Source: Candidatus Binatia bacterium
Lineage (GTDB): Bacteria > Desulfobacterota > Binatia > HRBIN30
Reading direction: 5' to 3'
NCBI GenBank assembly: GCA_038245295.1
Contig: JBBRSP010000006.1
Coordinates: 160,001 to 224,000 of the forward strand
Length of the DNA: 64,000 nucleotides
Shown here in pieces: positions 49,850-60,310 of this stretch. Position 1 is the stretch's first letter. Every line of letters begins with the position of its first letter. The position numbers were made by a program, and so were the translations under genes. Below the pieces are notes generated by a model. It saw only the letters and a list, made by a program, of their open reading frames with translations, searched no databases and was not told the origin of the DNA.

Positions 49850-50656
49850 TCACGGGGCTAGAACTTTGACCAAGGTCCGCTCGGCAAGAGCTTCGTCGCC
49901 AAGGCACACGGGCAGGTAGTCGCAGTAGCTGCACCAGCGGCCGGGACGACGATAGAATCGCTCGGCCGTGATTTCTTGAGCGACATATCCGGCCTTCGCG
50001 ATGTATCGGGTGAGATCGGCCGGTTCACGGCGACTGAGGTGCCATTCGATTTTGGGTTGAGTCGTTTTCACGAGGACACAGAGCGCCGTTTGGGTCGCAT
50101 CGGGCTCCGCGAGTTGATACGCGGTCAGTTGATCGGACAACGCGGCTTCAAACGGGGGGTACGTTGTGGCTGAAGTCTTGAAGTCGAGGACGGTTCGTTG
50201 GCCGTCGACATCGGCGACGAGATCGATGATGCCAACAAGTTTGAGCGAGAGACTGGTCACCGTCACGGTAAACGGTCGTTCCACGGCCCTGACCGTCGTG
50301 ATGCGGCCGACATCCGTGCGCGCGAACTGTTCCATGAGGGTGACGCCGATGGCGAGGAGCTTGTCCCAAGACTCGCGGTCTTTGTAGCGAACCGGAGCTT
50401 GTCGGATCGCGTTCCACTGCGTACGGAAGGTGACCACCGGATCCTCGCCGCCCCGAAACAACGCCTCGAGGGCAGCGTGCACGATCTTGCCGAACACCAA
50501 ACTCGCGTCTGGCACCCGGCGCCGCAGATTCTCGTGATAATACAGCCGATATTGCTCGGGGCAGTGCAGATATCGGCTGACGCGCGAATGGGAGAGATGA
50601 GGCGCCTGTTTTGAAACGCCTCCATTCTGTGTCCGTTCTTGCTCTGGTGCGTCCAC
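49850..50656 (-). CDS. PD-(D/E)XK nuclease (AddB/Cas4-like, Fe-S)
   Basis: SHSRVSRYLHCP, G.IVH, GIIDLV, LDFKT, QLTAY, WCSYCDYLPVC. Confidence 0.88.
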   Translation of the reverse strand: MDAPEQERTQNGGVSKQAPHLSHSRVSRYLHCPEQYRLYYHENLRRRVPDASLVFGKIVHAALEALFRGGEDPVVTFRTQWNAIRQAPVRYKDRESWDKLLAIGVTLMEQFARTDVGRITTVRAVERPFTVTVTSLSLKLVGIIDLVADVDGQRTVLDFKTSATTYPPFEAALSDQLTAYQLAEPDATQTALCVLVKTTQPKIEWHLSRREPADLTRYIAKAGYVAQEITAERFYRRPGRWCSYCDYLPVCLGDEALAERTLVKVLAP

Positions 50657-50658
50657 GG

Positions 50659-51555
50659 TCAATCCCTTCGCACGGCGCGAAGCGGAGGTGCTGAGAGCGG
50701 CGGGAGTACCTGAGCGACGTTGGTGTAGCGGCCATCCGGACTTGGCTGTGTCGTGACTCCACAAGGGATGTTCAGGATCGTGCCTTCGGTGAGCGGTTGC
50801 GGCGCGACGTAGCCGGCGGTCTCGATATGCTGCCGCAGCTGATCGGCCGAACCGAAGAGCTTAGAAGTGCGACCACCGATGTCGACAGTGACGAAGAGGC
50901 GCCGTCCCCATCTGCCGTCCATTCCGCCGACGTCCACGAGTCGCGCCGGGACCGCGTTGTTGTTCCCGGTTGGCGGAGCGCCTTGCTCGCGTCGCACCGG
51001 CGGCGGTGTTGATGCTCCATTACCATTGCGTTGCCGGTTCGGCCCAAGAAAGCGTGACACGATTCCCGACTGCACGAGTAGCATGTGATCGGCTTGGCTT
51101 TGAATCGAGTCGATGGTCAGCTGCTCGATCGGCGCGGAGAACTCAATCGAGAGCGAGTCGATTCTGCCATCCGGGCTGACACTACGCTTGAGCACCATCT
51201 GCGTTCCGCTGCCATGACCGTTGCCGTTCCCATTGGTCGTGGTCTTGCGTCTCCGCGGCGCGGGTGGCTCGTTTTGAATCGCGTTGCGCTCTGCCTGATC
51301 GTACGTGGCGAGCGGGCCAGAGCTAGTTCCGTGGAGCTGGTGCAGCACCGCCTGAACATGGGCGCAGTACTCACCCGTATGTGCATTCGCCTGAAACTCG
51401 GCGCATGTGCATTGCGGCACATCGGCACTGCCTGTCACCAGAAACTGTTGCCGCGGGTCGCTCGGCGCGTAAACGCGCCAGCCGTTCTCTGTTTCGCTGA
51501 TGACGAGCGGCTCCTCTTGGTTCGCCAACGGTCGGGTTGATGTTGCGTGGTTCAT
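50659..51555 (-). CDS. SWIM zinc-finger protein
   Basis: CTC.EF.......CAHV; RBS AAGGAGG. Confidence 0.75.
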   Translation of the reverse strand: MNHATSTRPLANQEEPLVISETENGWRVYAPSDPRQQFLVTGSADVPQCTCAEFQANAHTGEYCAHVQAVLHQLHGTSSGPLATYDQAERNAIQNEPPAPRRRKTTTNGNGNGHGSGTQMVLKRSVSPDGRIDSLSIEFSAPIEQLTIDSIQSQADHMLLVQSGIVSRFLGPNRQRNGNGASTPPPVRREQGAPPTGNNNAVPARLVDVGGMDGRWGRRLFVTVDIGGRTSKLFGSADQLRQHIETAGYVAPQPLTEGTILNIPCGVTTQPSPDGRYTNVAQVLPPLSAPPLRAVRRD

Positions 51556-51704
51556 TTCTCTTCCTCCTTCTGAAATTGGTTGGTGTGAAAGAACTGAGAG
51601 GAAGTGTGCGGCGGACAGACGAACACCCGTAGGATGGCAGTAGTGCCGCTTGCGGCAATCGTCAGATCCTTCGTGGACGGTGCCGAGTCGCCGACAATGA
51701 GGGG

Positions 51705-52970
51705 ATGATCACGACCCTTGGCTTGACCACCTTCCGCGACGATCGCCGGCCATTCGGTATCCGGCGCGAAGATCGACGGGCGCACATCTACGCGATCGGG
51801 CAAACTGGCACAGGAAAGTCGACACTCCTGGAGACGATGATTCTCCAAGACCTCGCCGTCGGCGAAGGGCTGGCCCTTCTCGATCCGCACGGTGACCTGG
51901 TTGAGCGTGTGGTTTTGCGCGCGCCAGAGAACCGCCGCGAAGACATCATCTACTTCGACGCACCCAACCCGACGCAGCCGTGGGGCTTCAACCCGCTTGC
52001 CAATGTCCCGGCAGGCAAACGAGCGCTGGCGGCGTCAGCACTCCTCGGTGCGTTCAAAAAACAGTGGGCCGAGTCCTGGGGACCGCGAACAGAGCACCTG
52101 TTGCGGAACAGCTTGCTCGCTCTGCTCGATCAGCCCAATGCGACGCTGGCTGACGTCTTGCGCCTCCTCTCCGACGAAGACTACCGCCGTAACGCAATGG
52201 CGAATGTCCAAAGCAGGACGGTGCGGAACTTTTGGCTGCGTGAGTACCGCGACTACACGGCGCGGCTAAGGGCGGAAGCTATTGCCCCACTCCAGAATAA
52301 GATCGGAGCTTTTCTCGCCGACCCGCTCCTCCACCGTATTCTCACCGAGCCCGAGCAACTGCTCGATCTCCGCGCCATCATGGACAAGGGCCAAGTGCTG
52401 TTGGTGAACCTCTCGAAGGGAAGGCTCGGCGAAGACACCGCCGCCCTCCTGGGATCGCTCTTGGTCGCAAGCCTTGGGGCAGCGGCGTTCGGTCGCGCGG
52501 AACAAGAACCCGATCAACGCCGCGATTTCTGGGTCTACCTCGATGAGTTCCACAATTTCACGACGCTCAGTCTCGCGACGATGCTCTCTGAGCTGCGGAA
52601 ATTCCATGTCGGTTTTATTCTGGTACACCAGTACATCGCTCAGCTCGGCGATGAGGTACGGGCCGCGGTCTTCGGAAACGTGGGAACGATCTGTTGCTTT
52701 CGCGTCGGCGCCGATGATGCCGAAGCGTTGGCGCCGCAGTTCGCGCCAGTCGTTACGTCACACGATTTGGTTCGCGTGCCAAATCATCACATGTACGTGC
52801 GCCTAATGGTCGATGGAAAACCGACTGAGCCATTCAGTGCAGAGGCAAGATTACCGACAGTATATAAGGGAGGTAGCGGTGCTCTCTTGCCCGTTTTTGC
52901 CGCTTCATCCACAGCAGACGTGCACGTTGTTGACGACGACAATGGGGCTTGCGCTGCGATCGACGCGTAA
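51705..52970 (+). CDS. Type IV coupling-protein-like ATPase (TraD/TrwB-like)
   Basis: H.Y.IGQTGTGKSTLL, LDPHGD, YLDEFHNF, ELRKF, HQY. Confidence 0.88.
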   Translation: MITTLGLTTFRDDRRPFGIRREDRRAHIYAIGQTGTGKSTLLETMILQDLAVGEGLALLDPHGDLVERVVLRAPENRREDIIYFDAPNPTQPWGFNPLANVPAGKRALAASALLGAFKKQWAESWGPRTEHLLRNSLLALLDQPNATLADVLRLLSDEDYRRNAMANVQSRTVRNFWLREYRDYTARLRAEAIAPLQNKIGAFLADPLLHRILTEPEQLLDLRAIMDKGQVLLVNLSKGRLGEDTAALLGSLLVASLGAAAFGRAEQEPDQRRDFWVYLDEFHNFTTLSLATMLSELRKFHVGFILVHQYIAQLGDEVRAAVFGNVGTICCFRVGADDAEALAPQFAPVVTSHDLVRVPNHHMYVRLMVDGKPTEPFSAEARLPTVYKGGSGALLPVFAASSTADVHVVDDDNGACAAIDA

Positions 52971-53186
52971 AGCTGCTTGGGACTCGAATATAAATGATTC
53001 TGGAGCACCCCGTCCAGACCCATTTGCGAGTGTCGTTTTTTTGACGAACCGACAAACCGGATCCGAGCCTCTCGCACCCGTCCGCACCCGTCTGAGAGTC
53101 ATTGACTTTGAGGCAATTGCCGTGCAAACTGTCGGGTCCAAGATGCCCCAGAGCTGAAGTGATCGTCTCTACTGCAATGTGGCGAC

Positions 53187-56100
53187 TTGGGAAGGGGGTC
53201 ACCAGTGGATCTCAGCAACCCGCCCGCATCGAGTTCCGCGGCCGTACGGTGGGCAGCACTTTTCCCACTGCGGGCTCTCATGGCTCTGATTCGGCGAGTG
53301 GTACGGCTAGCGGGGCGTCCCGTCTTACTCCTTCTGTTCAACGCTGCTTTCCTCCCCGATGTTGAATCAGCTGCAGCCAGTACGATAGCTGGCCAGATTC
53401 GCTATTTCGGAAGCGGACTGCCTGTCAGCGGTGTGACCTTGCAACTGCTTGGCTCAAATATAGCGTTCGTGCAGACCGACGGGAACGGCAAATACGCATT
53501 TACCAACGTGGGTCCCGGCGACTGGCGTGTAGAGCCACAGAAATTTGGGGACGCACACGGCGCCCTGACGGCTCTAGATGCAGTTTGGGCGCTACAAGCT
53601 GTCGTCGGTCTTCGAACCATTGACTCCTACAATCGAGTTGCTTGTGACACTGACGGAACCGGCTTTCTGAGCGCAGTCGATGCAGTGTTCATCCTTCAGT
53701 ACAAGGTCGGCCTGATCAATATGTTGCCTTCGACTGAGACCTGTGGGTCGGAGTGGGCCTTTGACCCTGTGCCTTTTCCAGTCACCAATCAGCAGATCGA
53801 CCGTCCGCAAGCAATGCCAGCGGGGTGCCGCCATGGCGACATTGCTTATCGCCCTCTGGTCGAGGACGTGGACAATCAAGATTTTCTTGCAATACTCGTA
53901 GGCGACTGCAACGGAAGCTGGCAAGGCGTTCCTGCCACGCCAACGCTAACGGTAAGTGCCTCGCCTTCTCCTACTCCTACGTTCGGTCCCGTATGTTTGA
54001 CTTCCACCACCGTCGCGTTCTTTGACCCTATTCAAATGGGCGGGGACTCCATCAGTAGCAACCGTATTGAAGACGGCCTCGCTGCCGCCGCAAAGATAAC
54101 ACGCGGCGTCCTCATTCAAGGGTACTACGGACAACACACTGCGCCGCGCGAAGCTCGGCTGCGCGGGTTTGAGGTTGCGGCAAATGCCTCTCTGAATGGC
54201 ACAGAAAATGATGCTACGGAGCTTGGGCTACTCGCCCAAGACACAAATACTGGAGTCGTCCAGTTTCCGATGGTAGGTGGATCAAACGCCATCACGGATC
54301 AACACCTTAGCGAATCATATATCGGAACCCAACTCGCAACGTTCCGCCGGTTAATTGCCGCAAATACATTGGTGGGCATGTCTGAACGCGCAAGCACAAT
54401 GCTCGACACGACCCATCTTTCGTTCTTCGGTGCGACAGCTACTACGTCACCGGATGTTCTTGTTGCATCGATTCTTCCACAGATCTCGGGTGTAATAAGC
54501 CCTGTAGCTGGTCGGGATGCAGTTTTCAGCACCATTAACCAACTGCGACAGGCTTATCCGACAAAACCTCAGTACTATCTAGTCGGTTGGTCTACAACCG
54601 GCAGCTCTGTGACGGAACAATCGTCCTTTGTACGGCTCGTGCTAGCAGCCCAGTCGGAACTCAAGAGCCAAGGTAATCTGGTTGATATTTGGTGGTACAA
54701 CAACGAGGATGAACAGTGGCTGACCGCATACAGCAGGATTCTCGGTGGTTTCGGATTTGAATTTGAGAGCGATTTCTCGACGAAAGACCCATCTCTTTTT
54801 TCGAGCGCATGCTTACAAACTGCTCCGTTCAGCCCCCCGACCGTTACGCCGATTATGTCACCCTTACGAACGACTACCCAGGCAGCGCCGCAGACAACGT
54901 CTGGCCCATCAACCTCGACACCGATTCTGACTGCTACCGGCGTGTTTACACATAACATCATGGGGCCGACACCGTCAGCCACTCCCAGTCCTACCTCCAT
55001 CCCCACACCGCCAGATCTCACTTGGACTTCTCGGGGTGACGGATTGGCAGGCGGACAGGTTGAGACCAGTGTCATGTGGGGAGACAATCTCTACGCATTC
55101 GGGCTTGGTTCTCCAACCAGCCTTTATATCTTGAATACGGTCAGTAACGTTTGGCGCGAAGGGACTCCCACGCTCCAACAGGTGAACACCGGCAGCGCGG
55201 CAGCCTGGAATGGGGAGATTTTCGTTTTGTCGGGGTACGGCGAGCAACGCCTCCAGGTTTACACTGCAGCTACCGGACGTTGGCGCCTGGCCGCTCAACT
55301 GCCTGCCAGCCATCTTGGATACCCCGGGACGATGCTTATAGCCTTTGGTGCCAAGGTCTATGCGTTCGGAGGCATCCTTACGGATCAACTCAGCATCTAC
55401 GATATCGCGACCGACAGTTGGAGTGCCGGGCACGCAATGCCGATGGCTCGCAGCTTGGCTGTCACCGCGGTGCTCCGCGACAAGCTGTACCTAGTTGGTG
55501 GTCAAACGTCCTTCGGGTTGTCTAGCCAAGTCGTCGTCTATGATCCTGCTTCGGAGGGCTACACCGTAGCGGATAACTCGACTGGAGATTGGACAACGCT
55601 CGACGGGCTTGTCGTCACCCGGCGCACTGCTTCGATAGGCGTAGTGGCAGACGATCAGATTTTTGTACTTGGTGGCCTCGAATTCTCTCAAGGGTTCGGG
55701 CAGGCGACTGCAATGGTCGAGTCTTATGATCCGAGCGCTCCTCCTTGGACTCGCTGGCGACGTCATGCTCCGTTACTCAGAAGCCGCGCTCATCTCGCAG
55801 GGGGTTCGATCGGGAACAAACTCTATGTCGCGGCGGGACAGGATCTGGCGAGCGATATATCCTCCACAGAGGAAGGAACGCTCATTTACGTCCCGACCGC
55901 AACACCAACACCGCTCCCTTCTCAAACACCAACACCCACACCCACAGTCTTCTATTTAAATCTCATCGTAACGGATACGTATCTAGTAAATGTCGCGACT
56001 GGAAAACGAGTGGACAGTCCACTCTTGGGACAACAGGTTCGCCCTTGCGTCGAATGGTTCGCCGAAGGGCCAAGTAGCTCGTCTATCGATCACGACGTCG

Positions 56101-58184
56101 CCACCTGGTATGATAGCGTGCCTAACGAAGTGCCCGCTGCTCGGGTATCGGATCAAGGTGGCAATTACAATAGCTATTGTCGAGGCGATGGGTTCGTCGT
56201 CACCGCGGGCTTCCACACCGCATCTGTCGATATCGACCCTCGCAACGAGGTTCCCGAACCCGCGGACCAAGACAATGTCGGCTCGATCAGTTGGTTGAGT
56301 TGGACCGGTCCGAGCCCGACACCGACGATACCGTTACCGGTGACGCCCTATAACCTTGTCGTGGATGAGGTTTGGGTAGAGGACCTCGCCGGAGCTCGAG
56401 TGAGTTCGCCCGGAGTCGGCGACACGATCCGGGTTGCTGCACGATGGCACGTGGAAGGATCGGGAGTGGCAAGCTTCACTATCCGAGCCTCCGTAAGTGG
56501 CCACATCCTCGATGACGTAACCAACTACGTCGCGGCTGCAAACCAGTCTTTTACAATGAGAACATCGCTCACGCACGTGATTTTAACCGACGGACCAATC
56601 ACTGCGAGTTGGGAGCTTGATCCGCAGAACGCCCGCAATGAACCGAACGAAGACGACAATTCACGACAGTTTACCTGGATTGCACGGGACGATGGGCCTG
56701 CCGATATTGCTGTCGCCCGCGTGATCGTTAGCGATGCGGCATCACCTGACGCTAGCTTGAATACTTCCAACAGTCTAGGCCCAGAGGGACTACTAGCAGA
56801 GCGAGTCTCAGGTGACCTCTCGAACAGCTCCGCGGCATCTTCACCTGTTAGAGTTACGCCGCTCCTCAGTGACTCGGTGGTATTAGATACTGCCTTGACG
56901 GCGGTGCGACTGCCCCGAGGGGGGACAATCACACTGACAGCGTATCTGAGACCGACAGGCACACCTGAACTCAATTGCGGGACGCAAACGATTTCCACCG
57001 ACCAAGTCACCACGGGAACCGTGTATTTGAGCGTCGTCTGTGACACAACCTTTGCAAATCCAAATGTCTCCTACCTCCCATTGGTCAAAGCGACCGTTTC
57101 CAACTTCACCGACATCGACCCAACGAACAACGAGACGGCTGGAGATAAACTCATAACACCCCAGTCGCGACCAGGAGGAAACGTACGATTCAGCTCCTCG
57201 TTCCTGCCTCTAAAAGATGTCACGCTCTATACGTTGGCTGGCGTGCAGATTGGCGGTCCGCGCACGGCGCTTGCCGACGGTCGAGTGTTTACTACGATCG
57301 ATAATGGCAGTTATCTTGTTGGCGTCACAACAATGATCGGTACCCCACTGTATGACAACTCCGCGACTGGGAGTCCAGCATATTTTCTTGATGTCGCGCC
57401 AACGGGCAACACTGCAGTCTCGTTCGACGACGCTACCCCGCAAAGTTGTCCACTCGGGAGGTGCGCCAAACTGACCGTGGGAGGTGAAGCCACGGTCATA
57501 AGCGGCCTCGAAGGTATGAAGCGTCGCGTCTTATGGGAAGCGGCCTATGCCATGAACGGATGCCAAAACAACGGTGGAAACCCGAGAACGGGTTGCGTCA
57601 CTGCGACAACGCCGTACAAGGACAACATCGTCGGCAACACAACATATGCGACGTTTTCTTATCTTGCAAGCGATGAGACCGCCGCGAAGGCTGCTTTTTC
57701 TGATGACGCATTGCACGGAACATGTTACAATCATAGCTATCCGCCCATCTCTACATATGACTGTTCAGTCCAACACGATCCCGTGACCGAAGTGCTTCAA
57801 TATTCTAGGCATCCAGGACGAGATTCGGAGGGGGTCTACTCACGTGGTGGTCAGTGTAAAAAATTTGTCGCGCTGGTTCTATATCGGAGCGGGATTCGCC
57901 ATACAGTAGCCGGATCGTTCAGTCGTCTACCTGAGGATGCAAAGATTAGTAACGATCTCGTGATGTTTCCTGTTGTTGCTATCCCACATCCAGGAGATAT
58001 CTTACGCCGCCCGAATGGGCACGCCTTGATTGTTGCGGCATCTATTGCGGGGTTGGGCCTGATAGCCGTCGATTCAAATTATTCCGGGGGCGATGGCCAC
58101 GAACGCATCGCCGTTCATTTAATGGGGCCCGCGAGCTTGGTCGAATATCACAACTTGAACTGCGTATACACAGGAGCATGCTGA
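53187..58184 (+). CDS. Large secreted multidomain protein: dockerin-like, GH17-like, Kelch, CARDB, C-terminal CHAP-like (start uncertain)
   Basis: TDGNGKYAF; CDTDG.G.LSAVDA; Kelch repeats Y..GG...YD; DP.NEV.E..ED.N; GQCKKFV...PGDI...GHALIV. Confidence 0.8.
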   Translation: MGRGSPVDLSNPPASSSAAVRWAALFPLRALMALIRRVVRLAGRPVLLLLFNAAFLPDVESAAASTIAGQIRYFGSGLPVSGVTLQLLGSNIAFVQTDGNGKYAFTNVGPGDWRVEPQKFGDAHGALTALDAVWALQAVVGLRTIDSYNRVACDTDGTGFLSAVDAVFILQYKVGLINMLPSTETCGSEWAFDPVPFPVTNQQIDRPQAMPAGCRHGDIAYRPLVEDVDNQDFLAILVGDCNGSWQGVPATPTLTVSASPSPTPTFGPVCLTSTTVAFFDPIQMGGDSISSNRIEDGLAAAAKITRGVLIQGYYGQHTAPREARLRGFEVAANASLNGTENDATELGLLAQDTNTGVVQFPMVGGSNAITDQHLSESYIGTQLATFRRLIAANTLVGMSERASTMLDTTHLSFFGATATTSPDVLVASILPQISGVISPVAGRDAVFSTINQLRQAYPTKPQYYLVGWSTTGSSVTEQSSFVRLVLAAQSELKSQGNLVDIWWYNNEDEQWLTAYSRILGGFGFEFESDFSTKDPSLFSSACLQTAPFSPPTVTPIMSPLRTTTQAAPQTTSGPSTSTPILTATGVFTHNIMGPTPSATPSPTSIPTPPDLTWTSRGDGLAGGQVETSVMWGDNLYAFGLGSPTSLYILNTVSNVWREGTPTLQQVNTGSAAAWNGEIFVLSGYGEQRLQVYTAATGRWRLAAQLPASHLGYPGTMLIAFGAKVYAFGGILTDQLSIYDIATDSWSAGHAMPMARSLAVTAVLRDKLYLVGGQTSFGLSSQVVVYDPASEGYTVADNSTGDWTTLDGLVVTRRTASIGVVADDQIFVLGGLEFSQGFGQATAMVESYDPSAPPWTRWRRHAPLLRSRAHLAGGSIGNKLYVAAGQDLASDISSTEEGTLIYVPTATPTPLPSQTPTPTPTVFYLNLIVTDTYLVNVATGKRVDSPLLGQQVRPCVEWFAEGPSSSSIDHDVATWYDSVPNEVPAARVSDQGGNYNSYCRGDGFVVTAGFHTASVDIDPRNEVPEPADQDNVGSISWLSWTGPSPTPTIPLPVTPYNLVVDEVWVEDLAGARVSSPGVGDTIRVAARWHVEGSGVASFTIRASVSGHILDDVTNYVAAANQSFTMRTSLTHVILTDGPITASWELDPQNARNEPNEDDNSRQFTWIARDDGPADIAVARVIVSDAASPDASLNTSNSLGPEGLLAERVSGDLSNSSAASSPVRVTPLLSDSVVLDTALTAVRLPRGGTITLTAYLRPTGTPELNCGTQTISTDQVTTGTVYLSVVCDTTFANPNVSYLPLVKATVSNFTDIDPTNNETAGDKLITPQSRPGGNVRFSSSFLPLKDVTLYTLAGVQIGGPRTALADGRVFTTIDNGSYLVGVTTMIGTPLYDNSATGSPAYFLDVAPTGNTAVSFDDATPQSCPLGRCAKLTVGGEATVISGLEGMKRRVLWEAAYAMNGCQNNGGNPRTGCVTATTPYKDNIVGNTTYATFSYLASDETAAKAAFSDDALHGTCYNHSYPPISTYDCSVQHDPVTEVLQYSRHPGRDSEGVYSRGGQCKKFVALVLYRSGIRHTVAGSFSRLPEDAKISNDLVMFPVVAIPHPGDILRRPNGHALIVAASIAGLGLIAVDSNYSGGDGHERIAVHLMGPASLVEYHNLNCVYTGAC

Positions 58185-58262
58185 TCAGTAGTCTGGTGGC
58201 GGTTCACATCGGGTATATTACTCACCGTAGATATCGGAGGTTAAACTATAAGCGTGTAGTGT

Positions 58263-59060
58263 ATGGAGCATTCATGTGTGTTACGCGCGCTGTCGCTGCG
58301 CTCGAGTGTTGTCGTATTCGTAGTCGGCGTCGCTATCGGCGTTGTGGCCGTCAGGGCGGAGGCGCTGTTGACATTTGGCTCCAGGGATTCCGGCTCGATG
58401 TCTGCTGTCACCGTTCCGGTTGCTCCTGACCTGAGCCCGGAATATTTCTCAACGACGGTCGTCCCGCACACTCAAGTAGAGTTTGCTCGTGAAAAGCTGC
58501 CCGCGGGAATTGAGTGGGCAATAACAGATGACGCGGATGTGAGGCATGGCGACACGACGGAGGGCATGACTCTGGTTGGAGCGATACGGATGAAAGTAGC
58601 TGGTGCGGACTTGAGGGACCTCGTCAACAGAGCCATCGATCCTGGAAAGCAAGACTACGACCCAAACTTATTGTATTCGTTTTGTACACTTGGGCCCAGG
58701 GTGATTACCGTGATGCAACCAAAGGCGGGATCGATAGGCTTGGAGGACTATTTGAGGAGAGAACGCGATGCGTCAAGCAGCGACTTCGAGAATGCTGCCG
58801 ATAGCGGCATGATGACATCCATAAACGGGAAGGATGTGTTGTTCTATCGGAGCGGAGACGAATCGGGCAATGAATTGTTGATCGCCTTGATGAATATTGG
58901 CTCATCCATCGTTAAAGTGATTCAAACCAAAGGCGATTGCGAGCGAGTGAAGGAATTTGACCGAGTCCCGCTGTCAATAACGCGCAACCTGTCACGTGTC
59001 TCGGATTATGCATTTTATCGCGTCGTTAAGTCTATTGCATTTCTCAACGTTGTCAAATGA
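58263..59060 (+). CDS. Exported hypothetical protein
   Basis: N-terminal hydrophobic segment; follows the large gene. Confidence 0.6.
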   Translation: MEHSCVLRALSLRSSVVVFVVGVAIGVVAVRAEALLTFGSRDSGSMSAVTVPVAPDLSPEYFSTTVVPHTQVEFAREKLPAGIEWAITDDADVRHGDTTEGMTLVGAIRMKVAGADLRDLVNRAIDPGKQDYDPNLLYSFCTLGPRVITVMQPKAGSIGLEDYLRRERDASSSDFENAADSGMMTSINGKDVLFYRSGDESGNELLIALMNIGSSIVKVIQTKGDCERVKEFDRVPLSITRNLSRVSDYAFYRVVKSIAFLNVVK

Positions 59061-59188
59061 ATGATTATGTGTCGTCTGGCGAGCTGTGAAGGCAGTGTCC
59101 CCGGTTCGGAGCATTTGCGATATTTACGATATATGTCTCTCGGTACGACGGAGCCCGTCAATGAAAGTGAGACACTCCCGTTCATAAT

Positions 59189-60310
59189 TTAGTGTATCGC
59201 CGCCTCTGGCGGCGATTGGTGTTTCAGCCGCGCGCTGGCGCGATTTGAAGCAGCGCCGTCGACCTCAACTGAAGGCGGATCGGTGCTCACGGGGCTTCCC
59301 AGAGCGCCGCCTTTGTCGGCAGCGCCGCCTTGGATCGCGGTTGGTGGGTTGATGTACACCGCGGTCGGCAATGTTGGTGACAGGGGTTTGTGTCCTTTAA
59401 AGCGTTGCGGGTTTCGCTCAAAAGCTTGGTCGAGTGCAACCGTTCGGATGGCGATGAGCCGTTGCGCATCGTCGTAGTGCACGACCTGCGGCGTCAGAAA
59501 GCCGAGACCGCTGTGATGGTGTTTGGTGTTGTACCAGGAAAAAAATTCACGCCCGAAAGCCATGGCCTGCTGGTTGGTAGCAAAGCGGTCGGGAAACTCG
59601 GGCCGGTACTTGGTGGTTTTGAACAACGCTTCGCTGAACGGGTTGTCGTTGCTGGTGTAAGGGCGACTGTGGGTCTTGGTGATGCCCAGATCCCCCATCA
59701 TCTGCGCCACGCCCTTGGATGTCATGCTCGGGCCGCGGTCGCTGTGCACAGTGAGCTGCCCGGGCTCGACGCCTTGCTTGTGAGCGCTCTCGGAGATCAG
59801 GCGCTGCGCCAGTGCCGAGCATTCGCGCTCGGCCACCAACCAGCCGACCACGTAGCGGCTGAAGATGTCCATGAGCACGTAGAGATAGAAGTAGCTCCAC
59901 TTGGCCGGCCCCATCAGCTTGGTGATGTCCCACGACCACACCTGATTGGGTGCGGTAGCAATCAGCTCGGGCTTGGCCACCGGCGGATGCGTCAGTTGGC
60001 GGCGGCGTTCGCGAACTTCCTGGTGGCGAGCGAGCAGGCGATACATCGTGCGCGCCGAACACAGATATTGCCCTTCATCGAGCAACGTGGCGTGAATCTC
60101 CGCCGGTGCGTCGTTCACGAAGCGCTCGCAGTGCAGGATGTCGAGTATAACTTGTTCCTCGCTCCTGCTGAGCGCCAACGGTGGGCGCGGTCGCAGCGCT
60201 GGTGGGAGCTTGGGCTGGTTTCGACGATAGAACGTCGGACGTGCCACGCCCAGGGCGGTGCACGCCGGACGCACCCCGACCCGATTGGCCAGATCAATGG
60301 TGGCTATCAT
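59189..60310 (-). CDS. IS3 transposase OrfB (DDE)
   Basis: WSWDIT, DIFSRYVVGW, HSDRG, DNPFSEALFKT. Confidence 0.93.
   Translation of the reverse strand: MIATIDLANRVGVRPACTALGVARPTFYRRNQPKLPPALRPRPPLALSRSEEQVILDILHCERFVNDAPAEIHATLLDEGQYLCSARTMYRLLARHQEVRERRRQLTHPPVAKPELIATAPNQVWSWDITKLMGPAKWSYFYLYVLMDIFSRYVVGWLVAERECSALAQRLISESAHKQGVEPGQLTVHSDRGPSMTSKGVAQMMGDLGITKTHSRPYTSNDNPFSEALFKTTKYRPEFPDRFATNQQAMAFGREFFSWYNTKHHHSGLGFLTPQVVHYDDAQRLIAIRTVALDQAFERNPQRFKGHKPLSPTLPTAVYINPPTAIQGGAADKGGALGSPVSTDPPSVEVDGAASNRASARLKHQSPPEAAIH

Noticed and set aside
49850..50656. Cas4-like gene as part of a CRISPR-Cas locus
   Set aside because: No repeat-spacer array or other cas genes seen in the window
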